64,000 nt of DNA from Spirochaetota bacterium. GTDB lineage: Bacteria > Spirochaetota > UBA4802 > UBA5550. The DNA lies in NCBI GenBank assembly GCA_016929135.1, contig JAFGJK010000156.1, forward strand, positions 63,337-127,336. The letters run 5' to 3'. Shown piece by piece: positions 1 through 8,458 of the stretch (its first letter is position 1; each line of letters starts with the position of its first letter). The notes under the pieces were generated by a model, which had not been told where the DNA came from, ran no database searches, and was given only the letters and a program-made list of their open reading frames with translations. The position numbers were made by a program, and so were the translations under genes.

Positions 1-1
1 A

Positions 2-523
2 CCCGTCGCCTTCGCCCTGCGACTGCGGACGGTCCCCCTCAGGAATCTGGGCGCCGCCATTTCGCCGGACAACGCGTGGATCTTCATCCAGGGGGTGGAG
101 ACGCTGCCGCTGCGGATGCAGCGTCATTCGGAAAACGCCATGCGGGTGGCCCGTTTCCTGAAGCAGGATCCCCGGGTCGAATGGGTGCGCTATCCCGGCC
201 TGCCGGAGGATCCCTCCCATGCCGTGGCCTCCCGGTATCTCAAGAACGGCTACGGCGGCATTGTGGTATTCGGCATCAGTGGGGGATACGAAGCGGCGGT
301 ACGATTCATCGACGGCATACGGCTCTTCTCACACCTGGCCAATGTCGGGGACGCCAAGAGCCTGGTCCTCCATCCGGCATCCACCTCGCACTCACAGCTC
401 TCGGAGGCCCAGCAGCGGGAAGGGGGGCTCACCCCGGAGCTCATACGCCTCTCCATCGGGCTGGAGCACCCGGACGACATCATCGAGGCGCTCGACGAGG
501 CGATGGCGCTGTCGCAGCGATAG
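2..523 (+). CDS. PLP-dependent O-acetylhomoserine/O-acetylserine sulfhydrylase family enzyme, C-terminal part (5' end outside window)
   Basis: Frame is open from the window edge. Translation ...LGAAISPDNAWIFIQGVETLPLRMQRHSENAMRVARFLKQDPRVEWVRYPGL...LVLHPASTSHSQL... matches the conserved C-terminus of MetY/MetC-type Cys/Met-metabolism PLP enzymes. Confidence 0.75.
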   Translation, partial: PVAFALRLRTVPLRNLGAAISPDNAWIFIQGVETLPLRMQRHSENAMRVARFLKQDPRVEWVRYPGLPEDPSHAVASRYLKNGYGGIVVFGISGGYEAAVRFIDGIRLFSHLANVGDAKSLVLHPASTSHSQLSEAQQREGGLTPELIRLSIGLEHPDDIIEALDEAMALSQR

Positions 524-543
524 CCCGGAAGCGGGAGGAGACC

Positions 544-956
544 ATGAAGCTGTCGACACGGAGCGGGTACGGTGTTCGGATGATGTAGGAGCTGGCGGCG
601 CACTACGGAAATGAGCCGGTAATTCTCAAGGACATCGCCGTACGGCAGGAGATCTCTGAAAATATCTGAACAAGCTGATCATCCCGCTGAAGGGGGTCCG
701 GCTGGCAAACCCAGCGAGGGGATCGCACGGCGGCTACCCTCTGGCACGGGAACCCTCCACAATCACCCTGCGGGAAATCGTGGAGATCCTGGAGGGTGAT
801 ATCACCCCTGTAGAACGCGCAAAGAACGGCGCCATCTGCGGAAGATCCCGATCGTGCCTGGCGAGGGATGTCTGATGCCGCCTGGATCGTTCGATTACCG
901 GGCTCCTGGAGGAGATCACCCTCGGTGACATCGCCAGGGGAGTCGATGCCCCCTGA
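544..956 (+). pseudogene. Rrf2-family (IscR/CymR-like) transcriptional regulator, disrupted by an in-frame TAG, a 1-nt frameshift and an in-frame TGA
   Basis: Frame 1 gives MKLSTRSGYGVRMM*ELAAHYGNEPVILKDIAVRQEISENI* and continues in another frame as KYLNKLIIPLKGVRLANPARGSHGGYPLAREPSTITLREIVEILEGDITPVERAKNGAICGRSRSCLARDV*CRLDRSITGLLEEITLGDIARGVDAP. Joined across the breaks this is a canonical Rrf2 winged-helix protein with the C-x5-C-x6-C cluster. The frameshift lies in a gaaaat run where Rrf2 proteins read ISEKYL. Confidence 0.7.
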
Positions 957-1014
957 TGCGGCCGGCGGCTGGTGCCGGAGCGCCCGGGCCTGTGACGGGC
1001 CCTTCGCCGGGCCT

Positions 1015-2193
1015 CTATCTCCCCAGAGCCCCCGTCCCCCTGAGTCTGGCGATATCATCGGGGGAGTAGCCGATTCCCGCCAGTATCTCGTCATTGTGGT
1101 GCCCCAGGGGTACGCCGGCCTGTTCCGCGAAATGATGCCCCGATGCGAACTTGATGGGATTCCCTATCTGTTGTACCTCGTCCCCCGCCGTCGTGGCAAC
1201 CCGCACGACCATCTCCCTGTCCGACAGAGGAGGAGCCGATACCGCCTCGGACACCGTGCATACCGGCTCTACGCAGGCGTCGACCCGGCTGAATTTCTCC
1301 TTCCAGTACGACAGCGGGTGCCCCGCGATTACCTCTGCCACCCGTCTCTTCATGTTCCAGTTGATGATACCTGTCTCCGCGACCTCAGGGCAGCCGATGA
1401 CCTCGCAGAAGACATTGAAGAACTTCTGCTCGATGGGCCCGACGGACAGGTGCCTCCCGTCGGCGGTGGCGTAATAATCGTACAGGGCGCCGCCGCTCAG
1501 CAGACCGCCGCGCCGCGGCTCATCGCCCCCGGCGAGATACCCGGCCACCGAAAAGAGCGACATGGCGAAGACGCCGTCGGTGATGGAGACGTCGATACGG
1601 TCCCCTCTGCCGGTGCTCCTCCGGCCGATATAGGCCGAAAGCACGCCGATGACGAGATTCTTCGAGCCGCTGGCGATATCGGCGATCTGGATCGCCGAGA
1701 GTTGGGGCCCCGTCTCATCCCTTCCCGAGATCGAATCCACTCCCGATAGGGCCATGTAGTTGATATCATGGCCGGCACGATCGGCATAGGCGCCGCTCTG
1801 TCCGTACCCGGTGAGCGAACAGTAGATGAGCGAGGGATTGATCTCCCTAAGCGCCTCATAGCCGATGCCCAGGCGGTCCAGGGTGCCCGGGCGGAACTGC
1901 TCGATGACGATGTCGTATTCCCCCACCAGTGCGCGGACGATTTCCCGCGCCTCCTGCTTCTTCAGGTTCAGCGACAGTGATTTTTTCCCCCTGTTAAGGT
2001 GGCCGTAAATCGCGCTCATCCCGTCGATATGCGGCGGCAGCAATCTCACGATATCGGGGCTCTCGCTGTTCTCCACCTTGATGATATCCGCCCCCATATC
2101 TGCCAGCATCATGGTCCCGAATGGTCCCGGGAGCAGGTAGGTAAAATCAAGAATCTTTACACCCTCAAGAGGCCTCGTCATGGCTTTCTCCAT
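1015..2193 (-). CDS. CoA-transferase family III protein (CaiB/BaiF-like)
   Basis: 392-aa ORF. The N-terminus MTRPLEGVKILDFTYLLPGPFGTMMLADMGADIIKVE is the hallmark family III CoA-transferase start. Confidence 0.85.
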   Translation of the reverse strand: MEKAMTRPLEGVKILDFTYLLPGPFGTMMLADMGADIIKVENSESPDIVRLLPPHIDGMSAIYGHLNRGKKSLSLNLKKQEAREIVRALVGEYDIVIEQFRPGTLDRLGIGYEALREINPSLIYCSLTGYGQSGAYADRAGHDINYMALSGVDSISGRDETGPQLSAIQIADIASGSKNLVIGVLSAYIGRRSTGRGDRIDVSITDGVFAMSLFSVAGYLAGGDEPRRGGLLSGGALYDYYATADGRHLSVGPIEQKFFNVFCEVIGCPEVAETGIINWNMKRRVAEVIAGHPLSYWKEKFSRVDACVEPVCTVSEAVSAPPLSDREMVVRVATTAGDEVQQIGNPIKFASGHHFAEQAGVPLGHHNDEILAGIGYSPDDIARLRGTGALGR

Positions 2194-2404
2194 TAGCGAA
2201 AATAGCTGTATGTAATGATGGATAGGGAAGAGTGAGCTGCATCCTCCCCTTTATTCAAGTGTCTCTGCATTTCCCGCCATGTCAATCGTATTTCAGCATA
2301 TCAAAGATGAAAACAGACGGTCGATGGGGAATGAAAACTATAAATAGTACTTGTAGTTTTTCATTCAATCCCCATACTTCAGCCGATTCATTCATAAATC
2401 AACA

Positions 2405-2438
2405 GCATATCGATTGCTCGGCAATCAATTTTATATGC
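2405..2438. promoter_or_regulatory. Nested perfect palindrome (GCATAT-c-GATTGC-tcg-GCAATC-aatttt-ATATGC) in the divergent CoA-transferase/MFS intergenic region; operator-like
   Basis: Read directly: GATTGC-N3-GCAATC 6-3-6 palindrome enclosed by GCATAT...ATATGC, 60-90 bp upstream of the MFS transporter start. Confidence 0.3.
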
Positions 2439-2497
2439 CACAGGAGGATGGGAAGTCGGACATCATGAATATAAATATCCATGCATGAAACATACAT

Positions 2498-3760
2498 ATG
2501 AATTCAAATAAATATAATTCAAGGAGGATGGATATGGAAGGTGGGAATGCGCCTGTATCCCCCTACAGGTGGGTCGTGCTGGTGGTTTTCATGTTAAACG
2601 TCGCGATGTCCCAAATCATGTGGATGACCTTTGCGCCTATCGCCAGGGATGCCGCGGCAATCTACACTGGCGGGAATGTTGATTATATAGATATTCTCGC
2701 CGCCCTGGCGATGCTGGGATGGCTGCCTTTCTGCATTCCCGCATCCTGGTGCATCGATAATTTCGGCTTTAGGAAGGGTGCAGGAATCGGAGTCCTCCTG
2801 GTTGGGGTATGTGGATTTCTTCGTATTTTCGCACCAAGCTACGACTTGCTTCTTGCCTGTATGATCGGTATTGGAGTTGCTCAGCCATTTATTCTCAGCG
2901 CATTTACGAAACTCGCTTCGAATTGGTTCTCTGAGAAGGAGGAGGTCCTCGCGTCCGGTCTTCTCACCATGTCATTGTTTATCGGATTTGCCACTGTAAT
3001 GTTTGCCACCGACTTCATCCTTGCGAATTACCGCAATGCGGGCGAAGTGCGACAGGGAATCGAAATGATTCTCTACATTTACGGAATTCCGGCTCTTATC
3101 GGCATGATCCTATTCTTTGTATTGGTGAAGGATAAGCCGAAGCTGCCTCCGAATTCCATCGCTGCCGAAAAGAAAGTATCAATGACCGTAGGTCTTAAGT
3201 CACTCTTTCGTAACAGGGACTTTCTCTTCCTTCTTGGTCTCTTTTTTATAGGGGTGGGAGCTTTTAACGCGATTCTTACCAAGATCGACTGCATGTTTAA
3301 CGACAGGATCCTGGATATCGATTCTTCACTCGCCCCTGGCATTGTCGGCGGGTTGATCGTTATCGGCGGGATGTGCGGGGCAGTAATTCTTTCGGCCCTG
3401 TCTGATAAATATCATAAAAGGAAAATATTCCTTGTACTCGCGGCAGGAATGGCGATACCACTCTCCATATTGCTGCAGTATCTCACATCCATCGTGCTTT
3501 TAGGGATTGCCGGCTTTGTATTCGGCTTCTTCCTTATATCCGCCCTGCCCGTGGGATTAACCTATGCGGTGGAAAGGACACATCCGGTCCCCGAGGCAAC
3601 ATCGAATGGAATCCTGATGCTGAGCGGCCAGATAAGCGGCCTGCCGATCGTTCTTTTCTTCAACATGACGTTTGTTACTATTCTCTTCGGTGCAGCACTG
3701 TTGTTCTCATTCATGATCCGCGAGGTTAAAGAGGGAGGCATTTCGTCGTTGACGCATTAA
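2498..3760 (+). CDS. MFS-family transporter
   Basis: 420-aa ORF with about 12 predicted hydrophobic helices. The start may be an internal ATG such as MDMEGG; there is an RBS-like AAGGAGG just upstream. Confidence 0.8.
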   Translation: MNSNKYNSRRMDMEGGNAPVSPYRWVVLVVFMLNVAMSQIMWMTFAPIARDAAAIYTGGNVDYIDILAALAMLGWLPFCIPASWCIDNFGFRKGAGIGVLLVGVCGFLRIFAPSYDLLLACMIGIGVAQPFILSAFTKLASNWFSEKEEVLASGLLTMSLFIGFATVMFATDFILANYRNAGEVRQGIEMILYIYGIPALIGMILFFVLVKDKPKLPPNSIAAEKKVSMTVGLKSLFRNRDFLFLLGLFFIGVGAFNAILTKIDCMFNDRILDIDSSLAPGIVGGLIVIGGMCGAVILSALSDKYHKRKIFLVLAAGMAIPLSILLQYLTSIVLLGIAGFVFGFFLISALPVGLTYAVERTHPVPEATSNGILMLSGQISGLPIVLFFNMTFVTILFGAALLFSFMIREVKEGGISSLTH

Positions 3761-3890
3761 CGGTACCTGTATTCAGGAGGGGAAGAGGCCAGGTTTTTTA
3801 TGGCCAGACACGTTATGGAAGATGCTACTTGCTCGGCATATTCAATGTTTTACGTGCCGTTATTGCTGCCTGTATCATGCAACATAAAAA

Positions 3891-3928
3891 GAAAAGGGCC
3901 CTTCCCCATGGAGGGAAGGGCCCTTTTC
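3891..3928. terminator. Bidirectional rho-independent terminator
   Basis: aaaaGGGCCCTTCCC-catgga-GGGAAGGGCCCtttt: an 11-bp GC-rich perfect stem flanked by an A-run and a T-run. It lies between the end of the MFS gene (+) and the tRNA-Asn gene (-). Confidence 0.55.
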
Positions 3929-3965
3929 CGAGGCTCCTGTTTAAAGGTAAGGAGCAGACCTTATG

Positions 3966-4038
3966 CTCCCCCGGTAGGACTCGAACCTACGACCAATTGG
4001 TTAACAGCCAACTGCTCTACCGACTGAGCTACAGGGGA
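3966..4038 (-). tRNA. tRNA-Asn (anticodon GTT)
   Basis: The reverse complement TCCCCTGTAGCTCAGTCGGTAGAGCAGTTGGCTGTTAACCAATTGGTCGTAGGTTCGAGTCCTACCGGGGGAG folds as a cloverleaf with a 7-bp acceptor stem, GTT in the anticodon loop, a GGTTCGAGTCC T-arm and discriminator G. Confidence 0.9.
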
Positions 4039-4181
4039 ATGCGTCGGACTCACAGATAATGGAATAACCCGTTTTCGTGTCAATATTTTTTTTCAGTATA
4101 TTCCTATAATTTAATCCCCCCCCTGAATTTATCTTGAAAAAAACAGGCAAGCTTGGTAGAGCGAGATATCGGAGATCATGT

Positions 4182-5096
4182 ATGGGTATAGAATCGCAGA
4201 TCAAGACACTGGCCGTCGAACACAAGGCTGTAATCCTGGCGCACAATTACCAGGTGCCGGAAATTCAGGACATCGCCGACCACACCGGTGACTCCCTGGA
4301 GCTTTCGAGGATCGCGGCTGAGAAGGTGAAAGAAGAGGGATACGGGGTCATCGTGTTCTGCGGCGTCCATTTCATGGCGGAATCCGCCGCAATACTCTCG
4401 CCAGAGAGCACGGTGCTTCTGCCGGACATGACCGCCGGTTGCCCCATGGCGGAGATGGCATCGCCCGGGGCCGTTATGGAAATGAAGCGGCGCCATCCCC
4501 GCGCCAAGGTGGTCACCTATATCAACTCCACCGCTGCGGTTAAGGCAGTTTCGGACGTCATCTGCACCTCGTCGAACGCACAGAGGATCGTCGAGCGGAT
4601 TGACGCCGACGAGATCATCTTTGTCCCAGACAGGAACCTCGGCAGCTATGTCCAGCGCTTCACGACGAAAAGGATCATACTGTGGGACGGCTTCTGTCCG
4701 ACACACGACTCCTTTACAAAGGAGGATCTCGATGCGGTTAAAAAGGATCACCCCGACTCACTGGTGATGGTTCACCCTGAATGCCGGCCCGAGGTGGTTG
4801 ATGGGGCTGACGAGGTGCTCTCCACCGGGCAAATGGTGAGCTTTGTCCAGAACACCGGGGCCCGGTCAATTATCGTCGGAACCGACCAGGGAATGATACA
4901 CAGGTTAAAGAAGGCCGCGCCGGAGATTGACTTCATCCCCGCATCGGGCTCCTTTTTTTGTCCCGATATGAAAAAAATCGATCAATATGCGCTCCTTGAA
5001 TCACTCCGGCAGGGCCGCCACAGGATCAGCATCCCCCCTGAGATCCGTGACAAATCGAGGCGGGCGCTCGATCTCATGCTGGAGCTTTCAAGGTGA
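4182..5096 (+). CDS. nadA: Quinolinate synthase NadA
   Basis: MGIESQIKTLAVEHKAVILAHNYQVPEIQDIAD...VFCGVHFMAESAAILSP...VHPECRPEV is the typical NadA sequence with its three conserved Cys regions. GGAG lies 8 nt upstream of the ATG at 4182. The track ORF starts at 4134, but the internal ATG is favoured. Confidence 0.9.
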   Translation: MGIESQIKTLAVEHKAVILAHNYQVPEIQDIADHTGDSLELSRIAAEKVKEEGYGVIVFCGVHFMAESAAILSPESTVLLPDMTAGCPMAEMASPGAVMEMKRRHPRAKVVTYINSTAAVKAVSDVICTSSNAQRIVERIDADEIIFVPDRNLGSYVQRFTTKRIILWDGFCPTHDSFTKEDLDAVKKDHPDSLVMVHPECRPEVVDGADEVLSTGQMVSFVQNTGARSIIVGTDQGMIHRLKKAAPEIDFIPASGSFFCPDMKKIDQYALLESLRQGRHRISIPPEIRDKSRRALDLMLELSR

Positions 5097-6274
5097 CCCG
5101 GCCCGAGCGAAGCGACAGCGATCCCCTTGAACAGGCAACGACAGATGCTTCCCCCGGCAATGGGGAACCCGTAGGATTCAACATCCTCCGAAAAAAAACC
5201 TTTAACGAAGAACTCCGAAGGCTCATACACAGGATCGAGGATCACGAATCTGAGCGCCCCTCAGCAGTGGAGGAGGGGCGTCGACTCCACGAAATTACCG
5301 AGGAGGAGCTGATAAAGAGATTCCACAGGCTCCATTACCGTATCGACAACATCGGCGAGCACATGCAATCCCATTCGGCATTCAATCCATTCAGGCTCGC
5401 CGGTCCAGAGAATCCCCTGAGTGAACAGATCCTTGCCCGGGAGATGGGCTCTATCCTGCTCAGGATGGGATACGAATCCTACGCAGTTCTGGTTTACCGT
5501 ATGCCAGACCACTGCTTCAGACCCTTTGTCAACGGGATATCCCTCCTGCCGGACGATGATTTCATACTTGCACTGGACGATCCCCTCTACCACAAAATCG
5601 CCGCCGCCGCGCACGGCGCGGTTCTGGATAAATCGGACTTCACCGGCGGCGCCTTCCTGAAACGGACGCTGGACCTCTCTGAGTTCCGGGACGACCGGGT
5701 TATCCTCGCGGTGCAGTGCCGCACCCTCACCTCAGGGATCCTCGGCGAGCTCAGTTTGGCCGGAGAGGCGGCCCGGGATGGGTACATACCATCGCCGCTG
5801 CTGCTGCTCTACTACGACCCGAAGAGATTCACCGAGAATCCCCTGAAGCGCATAGAGTCCCTGGCCGGGGCGCTGGCGGTGCCGCTCCTGCTTCTGCTCG
5901 ACAGGGCGAGTCGACCCGGGACGCCGGAAGAACCGGGCGAAGCGGCCCTGGAACAACTGATACACCTTTTCTTCGTAAAGGGGACGCACCGCTTCGTGCT
6001 GGTACGCTGTTCCGCCGACGACGTCTCGGGGTATTTTCTGATGAAATACCTGTATGAAAAACTGATACGGACCCTTGGCCCCGACAACTCGATCCAACTG
6101 GTACGACCACGAATACTCGTTCTCATCATTGCTGACGAAATTATGAGAAGGGTTCAAGAAACTATCGATCATTGGAGCGAGTTGATGAACAATGAGTTTG
6201 TTTTTAGCGTCTATAATAAACAGGACTATCATCATCCCATGGATCTTCTTAAAATAATTCTATTAAATATATGA
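5093..6274 (+). CDS. Hypothetical protein, translationally coupled to nadA
   Basis: 393-aa ORF whose GTG start overlaps the nadA stop (GTGA). No recognisable motif. Codon usage resembles its neighbours. Confidence 0.55.
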   Translation: MTRPERSDSDPLEQATTDASPGNGEPVGFNILRKKTFNEELRRLIHRIEDHESERPSAVEEGRRLHEITEEELIKRFHRLHYRIDNIGEHMQSHSAFNPFRLAGPENPLSEQILAREMGSILLRMGYESYAVLVYRMPDHCFRPFVNGISLLPDDDFILALDDPLYHKIAAAAHGAVLDKSDFTGGAFLKRTLDLSEFRDDRVILAVQCRTLTSGILGELSLAGEAARDGYIPSPLLLLYYDPKRFTENPLKRIESLAGALAVPLLLLLDRASRPGTPEEPGEAALEQLIHLFFVKGTHRFVLVRCSADDVSGYFLMKYLYEKLIRTLGPDNSIQLVRPRILVLIIADEIMRRVQETIDHWSELMNNEFVFSVYNKQDYHHPMDLLKIILLNI

Positions 6275-6300
6275 ATTTCCCTGAATTCTGTGTATTTTTA

Positions 6301-6329
6301 TTGTCAATGAAAGCGATGATTTATAAAAT
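6301..6329 (+). promoter_or_regulatory. Sigma70-like promoter candidate (TTGTCA-17 bp-TAAAAT) upstream of the outer-membrane protein gene
   Basis: Hexamers read directly from the sequence in an AT-rich intergenic region. Confidence 0.3.
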
Positions 6330-6471
6330 ACCTGTAATAGTGCAAAATATAGTAGAATTGCATCTTCAGGAATCTGGACGATATATATATAAATGGACTG
6401 AGTCCGAGCGGATTCCATTCTCATCAGGCCGGATATAACACGAACCATGGGTATTTACGTATCTTAATATC

Positions 6472-7716
6472 ATGCGGGTACAAGCGATTATCGGAATACT
6501 CGCGTTATGGGTGTGCACCGCCGCCCTGCCGCTGTTCGCGGCAGGCACGACCGGGACATCGGGAGCCACATTTCTCGAGCTTGGTATCGGCAGCAGACCG
6601 CAGGGTATGGGCCAGGCCTTTACCGCCGAAACCAACGACGTCAACCTGCTCTACTATAATCCGGCCGGCCTGGGAACCCTCAGGTATCCGTTCCTGTCGC
6701 TGCAGCATCAGGAGCTTCTCCTCGATTCAAGGCTTGAAAACGTGTCAATTGCCTATCCGCTCCTGGGTGGGTATATCGCCGCCTCGAACTCCATCTTCTG
6801 GGTTCCCACCTTCGACGAGGTGAACATCGACGGCTATGATACCGGCGACGTCTCCTACTACAACGGCGCCCTGACCGTGGGGTACGGCTACAACCTGGGC
6901 TTCATGTACCTTGGGGGATCCATGAAGTATATTTACCAGCATATCGGGCCGAAAACCTACCACGGCTTTGGCATGGACATCGGCATACTGAAGGGCCTCC
7001 GTCTTTTCACCCCCTTCGAGGCCCCCACGCAGAACCTTCACGTGGGGCTCTCTATTCTCAACCTGGGGCCCGATATCGTTGGCGAGTTCCCCCTCCCAAG
7101 GACAATAAGGCTCGGCGTCTCATACAAGCTCACCAACTGGTTCGGCCTGAACCTCGATATGCTAGAGAGCATCATCGATTTCTCCGACCTCTATGACTTC
7201 ACCTACGGCTTCAACGAGAGCTTCAGGATGAACCTGGGCATCGAGTTCTCCTATCTGGACATCATATCCATCAGGGCGGGATACCGCTTCAACGACGTCA
7301 GCACCACGTCGTTCAGCTATTACACCCTGGGTCTCGGCTTCAACTACGTGGTGGGGAACGTCACCTTCACGGTGGATGCAGCCTACTCCGACGCGGGCCA
7401 GTTCGATCCCTCATATTCCTTCAACGTCACCTTCAAGCTCATCCCGAAGGTCGTGACCCTTCAGGACAGGATGGACGCCGAGGGGCATTATCGGAGGGGG
7501 ATACGCAACTATGTGGCGGGCGATATCGATTCCGCCCTGACCGAGTTCCGCACCACCAAGGACATCAACCCGTATCACAAGAACATCAACAAGAGAATCG
7601 ACGATCTTGAGGAACTGCAGCGACTGATTTTGGAGAACAAGAAGATTGAGGAGAAAGAACATCATGAGGAAGGGCAGAGCCTGGAACGAAATCCGCAGAC
7701 CGAAGATTACGAGTGA
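6472..7716 (+). CDS. Outer-membrane beta-barrel protein (PorV/FadL-like family) with a C-terminal charged helical extension
   Basis: Signal peptide MRVQAIIGILALWVCTAALPLFAAG. The motif ATFLELGIGSRPQGMGQAFTAETNDVNLLYYNPAGLG is characteristic of PorV/FadL-type barrels, followed by alternating beta-strand patterns. The last ~90 aa are helical and charged (..NINKRIDDLEELQRLILENKKIEEKEHHEE..). Confidence 0.65.
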   Translation: MRVQAIIGILALWVCTAALPLFAAGTTGTSGATFLELGIGSRPQGMGQAFTAETNDVNLLYYNPAGLGTLRYPFLSLQHQELLLDSRLENVSIAYPLLGGYIAASNSIFWVPTFDEVNIDGYDTGDVSYYNGALTVGYGYNLGFMYLGGSMKYIYQHIGPKTYHGFGMDIGILKGLRLFTPFEAPTQNLHVGLSILNLGPDIVGEFPLPRTIRLGVSYKLTNWFGLNLDMLESIIDFSDLYDFTYGFNESFRMNLGIEFSYLDIISIRAGYRFNDVSTTSFSYYTLGLGFNYVVGNVTFTVDAAYSDAGQFDPSYSFNVTFKLIPKVVTLQDRMDAEGHYRRGIRNYVAGDIDSALTEFRTTKDINPYHKNINKRIDDLEELQRLILENKKIEEKEHHEEGQSLERNPQTEDYE

Positions 7717-8380
7717 TTTCTGTCCTAACGCCAACGGGTCGCTCCTCTTCGAAATGGGGAAGACCAGGGTGATCTGCGCCGCAACGGTGCTTGATGAGGT
7801 GCCGGATCACGCCGCCTCCAAGGGGAAGGGGTGGATCACCGCGGAATACAGCCTGATGCCCTACTCGACGGTGCCCCGTGCCAAACGCCCGCTCATCACC
7901 CGGGACGGACGGGCGGTGGAGATACAGCGGGTCATATCCAGGTCTCTCAGAGGCGCCGTTGATCTCACCAGGCTCCAGGGGATCACGGTGCAGGTGGACT
8001 GCGACGTCATCGAGGCAGACGGCGGCACCAGAACCGCTTCCATCACCGGGGGATTCATCGCCATGGCGATGGCCTTTCGGAGACTCATGGTACAGGGCTC
8101 GCTCCGGGAAATCCCCATCATCTCAAACGTCGCCGCGGTCTCCTGCGGGTACGTGGAGGGGGAGCTGCTTCTGGACCTGGACTTCGCCGAGGACTCGAAG
8201 GCCCAGGTTGATCTCAATGTCATCATGGACGGCGGGGAAAATCTCGTCGAGGTACAGGGTACCGGCGAGCGTAACTCCTTCTCAGTGGACCAGCTCCTGG
8301 AGATGATCTCCCTGGCGAAAAAGGGGATCACGGAGCTCGTGGATATCCAGAACTCCATCATCCATCACCCTCGCGGGTGA
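7664..8380 (+). CDS. rph: Ribonuclease PH
   Basis: MRKGRAWNEIRRPKITSDF...TRVICAATVLDEVP...GWITAEYSLMPYSTVPRAKRP...CDVIEADGGTRTASITGGFIA...NVIMDGGENLVEVQGTGE aligns along its whole length with RNase PH. The start at 7664 overlaps the upstream ORF by 53 nt. Confidence 0.9.
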   Translation: MRKGRAWNEIRRPKITSDFCPNANGSLLFEMGKTRVICAATVLDEVPDHAASKGKGWITAEYSLMPYSTVPRAKRPLITRDGRAVEIQRVISRSLRGAVDLTRLQGITVQVDCDVIEADGGTRTASITGGFIAMAMAFRRLMVQGSLREIPIISNVAAVSCGYVEGELLLDLDFAEDSKAQVDLNVIMDGGENLVEVQGTGERNSFSVDQLLEMISLAKKGITELVDIQNSIIHHPRG

Positions 8381-8458
8381 GACCACCGGGAGAATCCCCG
8401 ATGACGCCGTGGCGGCCGGGATGATCAGGTTCCGGCGGAGCCGGCAAGGAGCGTAGCA

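Noticed and set aside
544-956. In-frame TGA in the Rrf2 gene as a possible selenocysteine codon, or the in-frame stops as evidence of an alternative genetic code
   Set aside because: The TGA is not at a Cys or redox position and no SECIS-like hairpin follows. TAG and a frameshift are also present in the same gene. All other genes in the window translate cleanly with the standard code, so these are lesions rather than recoding.
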